A stretch of DNA of 32,000 bases from Candidatus Altimarinota bacterium (GTDB lineage Bacteria; Patescibacteriota; Gracilibacteria; UBA1369): the NCBI GenBank assembly GCA_041659405.1, contig JBAZYK010000001.1:90001-122000 (forward strand), written 5' to 3'. The notes below the pieces were generated by a model. That model saw nothing but the letters and a program-made list of their open reading frames with translations, had not been told where the DNA came from and did no database searches. A program made the position numbers and the translations under genes. Positions 1-8,167 of this stretch are shown here, in pieces. Within the stretch, counting starts at the first letter, position 1, and each line of letters starts with the position of its first letter.

Positions 1-1
1 C

Positions 2-619
2 TTTGCAAATGGCTTGCGTACGGCTTTACGTCAGGATCCGAACATTATAATGGTGGGTGAAATTCGTGATCGTGAAACAATTGAAATTGCGATTGAAGCG
101 TCTTTAACAGGTCATTTGGTTTTATCAACAATTCATACAAACAGCGCGGTGGAAACTTTAACACGTATTGATAACATGGGAGTTCCGCCATTTTTGATGG
201 CTTCAACAATTGAACTTATTATTGCGCAGCGCTTGGTTAGAAAACTGTGCGATGCCTGCAAACAGCCCGATACTCCGAGTGCCGAGATGGTGGACAATGT
301 AAATCATGCATTAAAAAGCTTGCAGCCGACCGATGAAATCGAACCGGAAAAACTAAAAACCATGTCTTTCTTTAAGGCGGTTGGTTGTGATGTTTGTGAG
401 CATATCGGTTATAAAGGACGTCTTGGTTTATATGAAATTTTAAGAATGAATAATGAAATTCGCAAACTGGTTTTGGCCAGAGCGAGTTCTATAGATATAG
501 AAAAAGCGGCAATGAAAAATGGCATGGTTACTCTGGAACAAGCCGGAATTATTAAGGCTCTTAAAGGAGAAACTGCGCTGGACGAAATTTACCGCGTGGC
601 GAAGAGGATGGAGGAATAA
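2..619 (+). CDS. pilB: Type IV pilus / type II secretion ATPase (PilB/GspE family), C-terminal portion; 5' end lies outside the window
   Basis: The frame is open from nt 2; the listed start at 14 is only an in-frame TTG. It contains GEIRD, the His-box [12 protein letters not shown] and the tetracysteine cluster CDAC...CDVC typical of GspE/PilB hexameric ATPases. A PilC/GspF gene follows directly. Confidence 0.85.
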   Translation, partial: FANGLRTALRQDPNIIMVGEIRDRETIEIAIEASLTGHLVLSTIHTNSAVETLTRIDNMGVPPFLMASTIELIIAQRLVRKLCDACKQPDTPSAEMVDNVNHALKSLQPTDEIEPEKLKTMSFFKAVGCDVCEHIGYKGRLGLYEILRMNNEIRKLVLARASSIDIEKAAMKNGMVTLEQAGIIKALKGETALDEIYRVAKRMEE

Positions 620-677
620 CTCGGGATGTGGGACTTAGGTTCAATTATAAATTATAAAATTTCTTAATTAAAACGAC

Positions 678-1955
678 GTGCCGGAAAAACAATCGAAAGG
701 ATTTGGACAATCAGAAAACAAACAACTCTTTACTTTAAAAGCTGAAGAGTCAAAAGAGCCTATGCTGGATAAGCAAATTCAGCTTAATATTGCCGATGCC
801 CGCGTAGGCAAAATTCTCCTGCGTCAAAAGTTGGGTTACAATCACCTGACGGGGAATCCGATAATTGACTTTTATGGCCGTATAAATGGTTATTTTGTCG
901 ATCACACTAAAATCAAAATCAAAGATAAGGCAACCGTTTTTCGTTTGCTTGCGGTGATGATTAATGCCGGACTTTCGATTATTAAATCATTGAAAACTCT
1001 GGCTTCGCAGAATGAAAAAATCCCAAGACTCAGCAAAACTTTGCTGCAAATGGCGGACGCGATTGAAGGTGGAAAAAGTCTTTCCGGTGCCATGGAACAA
1101 TATCCCGAGATTTTCAGTGAAGCCGAAATTGGTATGGTACATGCCGGTGAGGCTTCGGGCCAACTTAATAAAACTTTGCGTGACCTGGCGGAAGATGTGG
1201 AAAAATCGGCCAGTTTAATGGGCAAAATCAAGGGCGCCCTGGTTTATCCAATTGCGATTATGGGGCTTGTAGTTGTGGTTGTTTTTGTGATGATGATTGT
1301 GGTTGTGCCGCAACTCAGTAAACTTTTTTCGCAAACCGGTCATGATTTGCCTTTGCCAACCCAGGTTCTGATGGGCATCAGTAATTTTTCAGTAAATTTT
1401 TGGCCACTGATTTTGTTGATAGCTTCGATAAGTTTTGTGGCGATTACCGCCTGGAAAAAAACTAAATCCGGAAAATATTTTTGGGATTTGATGCTGTTGA
1501 AATTGCCGATTTTTGGCAATGTGATCCAAAAAGGTACGTTGGCAAAATTCGCCCGTTCTTTTGGAAACCTGCTTGGTAGCGGCGTTCCGATTATTAAATC
1601 TTTGGAAATTGTGGGAAATGCAATTGGCAATGAAGTTTATAAAGAAAGACTTTTTTTAACCGCGGAAGATATGAAACGCGGTATTCCGATGGCCGAGAAT
1701 ATGGCTGAAAGCAAGCTTTTTCCGTCCATGCTTGTAAACATGATTGAAATCGGCGAACAAACCGCGCAGCTTGAAAACGTGACCAAAAAAGTTGCGGAAT
1801 TTTATGATGAAGAGGTTGATAACGTGGTTAACGCGCTGACTAAAGTGATGGAGCCGATGATTATGGTGATCGTTGGTGTGGTTGTTGGAGGAATCGTTGC
1901 GGCCATCATGCTGCCAATTATTCAACTTACAAATATCACTGGTGGATTTTCGTAA
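678..1955 (+). CDS. pilC: Type IV pilus platform protein (PilC/GspF family)
   Basis: 425 aa ORF with duplicated GspF-type helical regions (AGLSIIKSLKTL... and SGVPIIKSLEIV...). Three strongly hydrophobic segments: LVYPIAIMGLVVVVVFVMMIVVVP, FWPLILLIASISFVAITAW, MEPMIMVIVGVVVGGIVAAIMLPI. Sits next to pilB. The start is GTG at 678; an ATG at 762 is not excluded. Confidence 0.85.
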   Translation: MPEKQSKGFGQSENKQLFTLKAEESKEPMLDKQIQLNIADARVGKILLRQKLGYNHLTGNPIIDFYGRINGYFVDHTKIKIKDKATVFRLLAVMINAGLSIIKSLKTLASQNEKIPRLSKTLLQMADAIEGGKSLSGAMEQYPEIFSEAEIGMVHAGEASGQLNKTLRDLAEDVEKSASLMGKIKGALVYPIAIMGLVVVVVFVMMIVVVPQLSKLFSQTGHDLPLPTQVLMGISNFSVNFWPLILLIASISFVAITAWKKTKSGKYFWDLMLLKLPIFGNVIQKGTLAKFARSFGNLLGSGVPIIKSLEIVGNAIGNEVYKERLFLTAEDMKRGIPMAENMAESKLFPSMLVNMIEIGEQTAQLENVTKKVAEFYDEEVDNVVNALTKVMEPMIMVIVGVVVGGIVAAIMLPIIQLTNITGGFS

Positions 1956-1981
1956 AATTATAAAAATCTAAACTAACCAAT

Positions 1982-3625
1982 ATGAACATCAAAAAATACA
2001 TTAAAGATCATAAAACAATGACGATGACAGTTGTTGGAATTTTGGCTACTGTGGCCACTGTTTCGGCAGTGTATTTTTCCAATGGTGGATTGTTTTCGGG
2101 AAAATTGATTGGATTGATTAACCCGGTTTCTATACCAAAAATACTACCGCCCATTACCGACTTTGGCGTAACCAATACCTATTTATCCGCCACTACTCTG
2201 GATTTGGCAGCGGCAAATCATAGTATTACTTTCACTTATGGTTTCAAGGCTACTAAAGCTCCCGATCTTTTCATTTATGTTCTGCCGAATGGGAGTAACA
2301 ATGATGTCAGTAAAGCTTTAAAAAAATGGGACTGGGCGGCTCTCAATCCGGTTGACGGCTATAATTCTGTTTCCTGGGATGGAATCGATACAAATACAAA
2401 TAAACCTGCCGCGGTTGGAACTTATTATTTTTATACTTATTACCTTCCATTTATTTTTGATAAAAATCCAAATACGGCTCTAACGTTACAATCAACGCCT
2501 TTTCAGGTAATAAATACACCCAAACTTATAATTCCGCCGATTCCGGATGTTCCACCACAGCAACCTGTTAAAATTCCGTTTAACGATACAACCATAGCCA
2601 ATATCACATCCACACCGGCCCAAATCGTTTTGGGGAAGGATGCCTTACAAGTTACCGTGAATACATCATTTATGAATGCCAACTATGCTGTAAGGCTGCA
2701 ATTTGATGTTGATCCGAGTGGGTCTTCTATTCAAAATCCCAATCAAACTATTCAGTGGAATGGTACAAATACTTATGTTTTTAATTTTGATGCTAATGCC
2801 CTGTCCGCTATGAGTGCCGGTACCCATAATTATCAGGTAGATTTGTATGATAGTAACGTTGGGACAAATGATTGGCGGATGGGCACTTTTACAGCTGTTC
2901 TCCCACAGGTTCTGCAACCTGTGAAAATTCCGGTTCCGGTTGTTCCGGTTGTTCCGGTTGTTCCGGTTGTTCCGGTCGTTCCAGCGGTTCCGGTGGTTCC
3001 CGTCGTTCCCGTCGTTCCACCTGCTCCGGTGGTTCCTCCTGCGGCTCAAACCCCCGGTTGTGCCGGATACTATGACATTCTTTTGAATTCCACTACCTGC
3101 CAACAATATGGGCCAGCTTTGGAATATGCAAAGACAAAAAAAATTATGACCGGTAATCCGGATGGCACATTTGGGCCTTATGATTACCTGCAACGTGACC
3201 AGATTTTGAAAGTGCTTAAGCTGGGCGATGCAAACGTCCCTGCCAACTTATGCAATAATGTAACACCATTTCCGGATGTTCCAAGTGTGCTTTGGTCTTG
3301 TAATTTAATCGCTGAAGCAAAACAAAACTTGATTATAACCGGTTATTTGGCTACGGGACTTTATATGCCTTCTAATCCGGTTAATCGCGCAGAATTTGCA
3401 ACGATGATGACCAGAATGTTGAAATCTAAATTTAATATTTCTGTTCCTTTGGATTCAGCAAAAAATTATAAAGATGTTCCACCAACCGGTTGGTACACCA
3501 ATTACGCAGCTTTCTTTTTTATGAATGGTTTGTTTCCGGGTGACTACATGAATCCACCCAAGCCAATGACCAGAGTTGAAGTAGCTCAAATTGTTTATAT
3601 GCTGCACGTTCTTGGAAAATTTTAG
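1982..3625 (+). CDS. Surface protein paralog 1: N-terminal membrane anchor, FlgD-Ig-like WDG module, Pro-Val linker, C-terminal triple SLH-like module
   Basis: 547 aa ORF starting 26 nt after pilC. The N-terminus MNIKKYIKDHKTMTMTVVGILATVATVSAVYFSNGGLFSG is shared with the ORFs at 3718 and 8168. Other motifs: YNSVSWDGIDTNTNKPAAVGTYYFYTYY (FlgD-Ig-like signature) and a PVVPVVPVV linker. The C-terminal PGCAGYYD block carries SLH-type motifs (FPDVP...ITGY...P..PVNRAEFATMMTRML; YKDVP...PMTRVEVAQIVYML). Confidence 0.8.
   Translation: MNIKKYIKDHKTMTMTVVGILATVATVSAVYFSNGGLFSGKLIGLINPVSIPKILPPITDFGVTNTYLSATTLDLAAANHSITFTYGFKATKAPDLFIYVLPNGSNNDVSKALKKWDWAALNPVDGYNSVSWDGIDTNTNKPAAVGTYYFYTYYLPFIFDKNPNTALTLQSTPFQVINTPKLIIPPIPDVPPQQPVKIPFNDTTIANITSTPAQIVLGKDALQVTVNTSFMNANYAVRLQFDVDPSGSSIQNPNQTIQWNGTNTYVFNFDANALSAMSAGTHNYQVDLYDSNVGTNDWRMGTFTAVLPQVLQPVKIPVPVVPVVPVVPVVPVVPAVPVVPVVPVVPPAPVVPPAAQTPGCAGYYDILLNSTTCQQYGPALEYAKTKKIMTGNPDGTFGPYDYLQRDQILKVLKLGDANVPANLCNNVTPFPDVPSVLWSCNLIAEAKQNLIITGYLATGLYMPSNPVNRAEFATMMTRMLKSKFNISVPLDSAKNYKDVPPTGWYTNYAAFFFMNGLFPGDYMNPPKPMTRVEVAQIVYMLHVLGKF
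2929..3045 (+). repeat. 9-nt tandem repeat (GTTCCGGTT-type) encoding a (PVV)n linker inside paralog 1
   Basis: Direct reading: ccggttccggttgttccggttgttccggttgttccggttgttccggtcgttcc... It creates spurious ORFs on other frames and strands (2872..3075 +, 2666..3193 -). Confidence 0.9.
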
Positions 3626-3676
3626 TGGTGATTTTGGGAATTTTCAGAAGCTGAATTTGCGCAATGTCCATTTTTG

Positions 3677-3685
3677 TGTTATGAT
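3677..3685 (+). promoter_or_regulatory. Candidate extended -10 promoter element (TGtTATGAT) for paralog 2
   Basis: TGnTATGAT lies about 33 nt upstream of the ATG at 3718. The block gcaatg...TGnTATnAT..tatgaaaa...aaaacaaatATGGACATCAA recurs upstream of paralog 3 (8112-8170). No convincing -35. Confidence 0.35.
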
Positions 3686-3717
3686 ACTATGAAAATAAAA
3701 ATTTAATCAAAACAAAT

Positions 3718-6700
3718 ATGGACATCAAAAAATACATTCAGGCTCATAGAACAATGACGATGGTCGTCGGTGGCATTTTGGCTACCGTGGTTACCGCAAG
3801 TGCGGTTTATTTTTCCAGTGGTGGATTGTTCTCGGGAAATTTGAGCGGTCTTAATATTAATGCACGACCGCAAGTTAACTTTGCGCCTGGCGTAAGTGAG
3901 CCATCTCTATCTTCCCCTACTCTTGATTTGGAAAACCCAAAAATTACTTTTACTTATGGTTTTAAAAAGGATGTAACTCCTACTGTTGATATTAGTGTTA
4001 TAGATAAAAATAGTGGTGCTGTATTAATGACCTGGGGGCTGACTCCTCCAAATGATAATAGTTATAATTCAATCTCTTGGGATGGAAAAGTTGGAAAGGC
4101 TGCGATACCTGGAAATTCGTATTTTTTCAGAACTTCTTACTCACTGGCGGGCAAGATGCAAATTGTTGAATCAAACCCTTTTCAGGCCGTGGCCCCACTT
4201 AATGTTAAACCGGTTGTGCAAATACCTTTAAGCGCTACTTGTACACCTTCAGCTATAACTGGAGTTGTAGGAGATACAATCACCTACACGGCAACTATTA
4301 AAGGTGGAGTTCCTCCATATAAAACTCGATGGAGTGAAAGTAAAGCAGATTTTCTAAAAAACGGCAGTTTGGCAGACAATGCCGGTACAAATGCATATAA
4401 AATTACGTATTCAAACGTTGGAGAGAAAACAACAATGGTTACTCAAGTTATTGATAATGAGAACAACACAATTAACGATATCACTTGTACTCCCGCTGTA
4501 ACTATTAACCTGGCACCTGCTAATGCGCAAGCAGGGCAACCAAATGCTCAAAATGCAAATCTTGCACTTCAAAATAACCCTCTAGCTAACAACGCTCAAG
4601 CAGGACAACCTGATGCTGTTCCGCCAGTGCAACTTAAGGATGTATGTAGTGCCTCTCCTCTAAACGGAAATGTGGGAGATACAATTACCTATACTGCAAA
4701 TATTTCCGGTGGAACTCCTCCATACACGACGCAATGGAGTAATTCAGATACCCCTAAAGTTACTTTCTGGGGCAATACTTATAAAATTGAATATAAAATT
4801 GCGGGGCCTAAAACAGTAACTTTAACAATTACTGATAAGGCCGGAGCCACGCTATCTGATCCTAAATGTCCTGGTGTGACCATTAACGAAAATCAGGCGG
4901 TGAATCAAATTGCTCCTAGTCCTATACAAAAAATTGGAGTCCCAACCAAAATCGTAGTGCAATGTGCTGCGACACCAAGTCCGGCCAATGTGGGCGATAC
5001 CGTAACATGGAAAGTTACCGGTAATGTGCCTGCGGGATCCGGATATTTATGGGATGGCAATATTATGCCCCCAATAAATCAACCAACCGCTACGGCTGTT
5101 TATCAAAATACTTCACCTAAAAATGTTTCGGTTAAAATCACCGCTCCTAATAAAGGATATCAGGATTCGGATGTGACTAACTGCACAACATTGACTGTTA
5201 ATGATTCTGGAAAACCGGCGTTGAGTAATTTTACACTTTCCGCCAGTTCTTATACTCTTGGTGATCCGAACAAATATATTACATTTGGAGGAACTTTAAG
5301 CGGTGCTGGTGCTCCCAACGCTTCCAATACAAACCTGGTGTTTTCAATCCTGGATTCAAATAATATTAAAGTGCTGAATTGGACATCAATAAATCAGTCA
5401 AATGGCCCGGTAAATGGTTTATGGAATGGCTTACACCTGGATAATAGTCCCGTTACCCCGGGTCAATATTTCTTTACGGCCCAGGCTGTTAAAGGAATTC
5501 TTTCTTCACCAATTATAAAATCCGATCCGTTTATGGTTAATCCGGCTGCTCCAGCTGCTCAAAAAATTGATCTTGGTAAAGTAGGGCTTGTTCAAAATGG
5601 CCAACCAGCTGCTTCAAAAGATTTTCTTGTAAGCTGTTCTACCAATGCTTCGTCTTCAACAAAAGTTGGTGATTCAGTAACTTGGACAGTTAAACCTTCG
5701 TTCGGATTACTTCCATCCGGTATGACTTATAAATGGGGTGGAGGATATGGCAATGCAACTAGTGCATCGTTATCTCAGGGACCTTCACTTGTTACTTCAT
5801 ATTCAACCGCTGGAGCCGTTGCACCTGTTACTGTAGCTTTGACAGCTTCCGGTTATAATCCAAGAACTTTCACATGTACTCCGACAATTACTATTGCCGC
5901 CGCACAACCATCTGCACAAAAAGTTGTTGGACTGCCCGGTAAATTGGGTTCAGGTTCAGGCTCTGATTTGGGTTCTGGTTCAGGTTCAGGCTCTGATTTG
6001 GGCTCCGGCTCGGGTTCTGGCTCTGATTTGGGATCTGTTTCTGGGTCTGGTTCTGGCTGCGTAGGCACCACTTGCTCAACTACCGGTAACACAATTATTC
6101 CTAAAGAAGAACCGGTCGCTATCGTAGACCAACCGGTGGATAATTCAGATAATACTCCGGTCGAAGATAACACTCCTGCGTCTGATATTATTGAAACTCC
6201 CGTGGATAATACTCCTGCGTCTGATCTTCCTGAAAATCCCCCAATCGATAATCCACAACCACCGGCTCCAGCTTCAGCACAAATCCCCGGCTGTGCTGGT
6301 TATTATGATGATGAACTGACTTTGGGTTCTGCCCTATGCAAACTATATGATGCTGCTTTGGAATATGCAAAGACTTACAACTTTATGACCGGTAATGCAG
6401 ATGGCAACTTCGGGCCTCATGATAACTTACAACGTGATCAAATTGCGAAAATAGCGCTTGAGATTGGAAATAAATTCGTTGTTGGCACCGATTATTGTAA
6501 TGGCGTTCCTTCATTTCCGGATGTTCCACTTTCCGCCTGGTCATCACAATATCTCTGCTATGCAAAACAATTTGGCATTGTAACCGGTTATGGCGATGGG
6601 CTTTATAGGCCAAGTAATCCGGTTACCAACTCGGAATTTGTGGCCATAATGTCTCGAATGCTGAAGGTAAATTATGGGATACTCATCCCTTTGGATGCAT

Positions 6701-6870
6701 CAAAAAACTATCTGGATGTTTCAACGAGTGACTGGTACGCACGTTACTCAGCTTTCTTCTTTAAATGGGGTTTGATTGTAGGTGATTACCTGTATCCGGA
6801 AAAGCCAACAATAAGAATCGACGTCGTTCAAGTTATTTATATGATGCACATTCTTTTTGGAAAGTTTTAG
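3718..6870 (+). CDS. Surface protein paralog 2: N-terminal anchor, FlgD-Ig-like modules, four Cys-bounded PKD/Ig-like modules, GSGSGSGSDL and acidic linkers, C-terminal triple SLH-like module
   Basis: 1050 aa ORF. N-terminus MDIKKYIQAHRTMTMVVGGILATVVTASAVYFSSGGLFSG. WDG...G.YFF signatures: SISWDGKVGKAAIPGNSYFFRTSY and GLWNGLHLDNSPVTPGQYFFTAQAV. Repeated modules such as CTPSAITGVVGDTITYTATIKGGVPPYKTRWS and CSASPLNGNVGDTITYTANISGGTPPYTTQWS. C-terminal PGCAGYYD block with SLH motifs (FPDVPLSAWSSQYLCYAKQFGIVTGYGDGLYRPSNPVTNSEFVAIMSRML). Confidence 0.8.
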   Translation: MDIKKYIQAHRTMTMVVGGILATVVTASAVYFSSGGLFSGNLSGLNINARPQVNFAPGVSEPSLSSPTLDLENPKITFTYGFKKDVTPTVDISVIDKNSGAVLMTWGLTPPNDNSYNSISWDGKVGKAAIPGNSYFFRTSYSLAGKMQIVESNPFQAVAPLNVKPVVQIPLSATCTPSAITGVVGDTITYTATIKGGVPPYKTRWSESKADFLKNGSLADNAGTNAYKITYSNVGEKTTMVTQVIDNENNTINDITCTPAVTINLAPANAQAGQPNAQNANLALQNNPLANNAQAGQPDAVPPVQLKDVCSASPLNGNVGDTITYTANISGGTPPYTTQWSNSDTPKVTFWGNTYKIEYKIAGPKTVTLTITDKAGATLSDPKCPGVTINENQAVNQIAPSPIQKIGVPTKIVVQCAATPSPANVGDTVTWKVTGNVPAGSGYLWDGNIMPPINQPTATAVYQNTSPKNVSVKITAPNKGYQDSDVTNCTTLTVNDSGKPALSNFTLSASSYTLGDPNKYITFGGTLSGAGAPNASNTNLVFSILDSNNIKVLNWTSINQSNGPVNGLWNGLHLDNSPVTPGQYFFTAQAVKGILSSPIIKSDPFMVNPAAPAAQKIDLGKVGLVQNGQPAASKDFLVSCSTNASSSTKVGDSVTWTVKPSFGLLPSGMTYKWGGGYGNATSASLSQGPSLVTSYSTAGAVAPVTVALTASGYNPRTFTCTPTITIAAAQPSAQKVVGLPGKLGSGSGSDLGSGSGSGSDLGSGSGSGSDLGSVSGSGSGCVGTTCSTTGNTIIPKEEPVAIVDQPVDNSDNTPVEDNTPASDIIETPVDNTPASDLPENPPIDNPQPPAPASAQIPGCAGYYDDELTLGSALCKLYDAALEYAKTYNFMTGNADGNFGPHDNLQRDQIAKIALEIGNKFVVGTDYCNGVPSFPDVPLSAWSSQYLCYAKQFGIVTGYGDGLYRPSNPVTNSEFVAIMSRMLKVNYGILIPLDASKNYLDVSTSDWYARYSAFFFKWGLIVGDYLYPEKPTIRIDVVQVIYMMHILFGKF
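5945..6057 (+). repeat. 30-nt tandem repeat (~3.5 copies) encoding a GSGSGSGSDL linker inside paralog 2
   Basis: Direct reading: ggttctggttcaggttcaggctctgatttg repeated with minor changes. It explains the antisense ORFs 5853..6173 and 5891..6079. Confidence 0.9.
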
Positions 6871-6900
6871 GGATGAGTTTTAGGATAATGCGATGTTCAA

Positions 6901-6952
6901 TGTTGGCCGGCTGCTTGCGGTCAGGAAATCCGCACATCTTGTGACAGGTTTC
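6901..6952 (+). repeat. Direct repeat copy A flanking the AbrB/PIN pair
   Basis: tgttggccggctgcttgcggtcaggaaatccgcacatcttgtgacaggtttc versus 7931-7982 tgtcggccggttgcttgcggtccatgtattcgcacatctcgtgacaggtttc (9 mismatches in 52). Confidence 0.85.
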
Positions 6953-6980
6953 TATCAGCTAATGTTTAATCTGTTTCATG

Positions 6981-7005
6981 AAAAGTCCCCCGGGGGACTT
7001 TTTTT
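6981..7005 (+). terminator. Rho-independent terminator downstream of paralog 2
   Basis: aaaaGTCCCCCGGGGGACttttttt: a perfect 14-nt GC-rich palindrome (6985-6998) followed by a 7-T run, about 110 nt after the stop codon at 6870. Confidence 0.75.
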
Positions 7006-7119
7006 GAAATTGGCGATTCTTCTCTTCCTGAAGCCAGAATTTTCGGATTACCGGAATCTATTTGGGATTGTTTTTCCATCCTGGCAAGATTTTTTTGGTT
7101 TTCAGATTGTGAGCGGGCC
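6985..7119 (-). repeat. Inverted, diverged copy of cassette module Y
   Basis: The reverse complement of 6985-7119 aligns at roughly three quarters identity by eye with 13083-13241. Shared strings include ...gattccggtaatccgaaaattctggcttcaggaagagaagaatcgccaat..gtcccccgggggac. Confidence 0.75.
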
Positions 7120-7183
7120 TTGATTTTTCATTAGTAATTATTCATACTGAAAGTAGAAAAGTTGGAATTTTAAACTTTTGTTT

Positions 7184-7459
7184 ATGAAGAAAATTAGAAT
7201 CGTTCGCACTCAATCCAAAGGCATGGTAACTATTCCGGCGGAATTCCGCCAAAAATTGGGCATAAATGAAAACAGTCTACTGGAAGCGAAAATTGTAAAA
7301 AAAGGAATCTTGTTTTTAAAAATTAATTATAATTCATTGAAAATAGAAAAAAAACAGCCTGGCGAAATTTATTCAGAAAAACAGATTCAAGAGTGGCTTT
7401 TGCGTGACAAATTAGATGCTCGCACCCAAGCCAAAGTAAAAAAACTCTTAAATAAATAA
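7184..7459 (+). CDS. AbrB/SpoVT-type antitoxin (VapB-like)
   Basis: MVTIPAEFRQKLGINENSLLEAKIVKKGILFLK matches the SpoVT-AbrB swapped-hairpin motif. Small ORF ending 6 nt before a PIN gene. ATG at 7184 is preferred over the in-frame TTG at 7178. Confidence 0.7.
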   Translation: MKKIRIVRTQSKGMVTIPAEFRQKLGINENSLLEAKIVKKGILFLKINYNSLKIEKKQPGEIYSEKQIQEWLLRDKLDARTQAKVKKLLNK

Positions 7460-7465
7460 TCCGCC

Positions 7466-7900
7466 ATGATAAAGCTTTTCCTTGATGCAAATATTCTTTT
7501 TGCAGCCACTGCATCTATCAGTGGTGGTTCAAGAGCGCTTTTTGACTTAGCTCAAAAAAAATTGATATCCCTTGTTTCGAGTGAGTATGCTTTACATGAA
7601 GCAAAAATTAATATCGAAAAGAAGCTTGGGCACGAAAAACTCGTTGATTTCTATAAACTTGTGAGCTGGCTTACTGATGTTTATAAAAAGCCACTTACAA
7701 AAAGTGAACTGAGCGCTTTTCAAGAAATTATTGTTGCCAAAGATATTCCAATTTTAGCTGGAGCAAAAAAACTGGAGGTTGATTTCCTTATCACACTCGA
7801 TAAAAAAGACTTTCAAAATATGAAAATGAAAGCGACAAAATTTCCATTTCAAATTCTTTCTCCCGGCGATTTTTTGAGAGCATTTCCGTATAACACGTAG
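7466..7900 (+). CDS. PIN-domain toxin (VapC-like)
   Basis: 144 aa with N-terminal LFLDANILFAA (first PIN acidic residue) and the C-terminal ITLDKKDF motif. Tightly coupled to the upstream AbrB-type gene in the canonical antitoxin-first order. Confidence 0.7.
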   Translation: MIKLFLDANILFAATASISGGSRALFDLAQKKLISLVSSEYALHEAKINIEKKLGHEKLVDFYKLVSWLTDVYKKPLTKSELSAFQEIIVAKDIPILAGAKKLEVDFLITLDKKDFQNMKMKATKFPFQILSPGDFLRAFPYNT

Positions 7901-7930
7901 CGCCGGCTGATTATTCCGCCATTATGTCGA

Positions 7931-8006
7931 TGTCGGCCGGTTGCTTGCGGTCCATGTATTCGCACATCTCGTGACAGGTTTCGACCCTGGCAAGATTTTT
8001 TTTCGG
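7931..8006 (+). repeat. Direct repeat copy B: matches 6901-6952 and is then joined directly to sequence matching 7077-7103
   Basis: After gtgacaggtttc the copy continues gaccctggcaagattttttttcgg, which matches catcctggcaagatttttttggtttt at 7077-7103. Copy B therefore lacks the ~126 nt (6953-7078) that holds the terminator hairpin and most of the inverted Y module. Confidence 0.75.
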
Positions 8007-8111
8007 ATCATGCGCTTTTTTATTTTGGCTTACAGATGCGAACTTTCAACTATTTTCGCCGTCCCGGGACGGAATTTTCACAGAATGTTCTTTGCAATGA
8101 GTGATACTTTG

Positions 8112-8120
8112 TGGTATCAT
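8112..8120 (+). promoter_or_regulatory. Candidate extended -10 promoter element (TGgTATCAT) for paralog 3
   Basis: TGnTATCAT lies about 48 nt upstream of the ATG at 8168. The surrounding block is homologous to the region upstream of paralog 2. Confidence 0.35.
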
Positions 8121-8167
8121 AGTATGAAAAACAAAAATTTATTTAAAAATATTTAACCAAAACAAAT

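Noticed and set aside
2666-6613. Antisense or alternative-frame ORFs inside the surface-protein genes (2666..3193 -, 2872..3075 +, 5853..6173 -, 5891..6079 -, 6188..6370 -, 6383..6613 -)
   Set aside because: They are driven by the PVV and GSGSGSGSDL repeat DNA or are simply short antisense frames. Their products are low-complexity (NRN..., EPEPEP..., CSGCSG...) and lie within long coherent plus-strand genes.
6893-8156. ORFs 6893..7123 (76 aa) and 7941..8156 (71 aa) in the repeats flanking the AbrB/PIN pair
   Set aside because: They share LLAV..AHLVTGF from the 52-nt direct repeat, and three substitutions there are synonymous. Downstream, however, the shared sequence (TGGCAAGATTTTTT) is read in different frames. 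The ORFs also run through a terminator hairpin and a promoter-like region, and the minus-strand frame has no start codon. I treat this as a non-coding repeat, with weak residual doubt.
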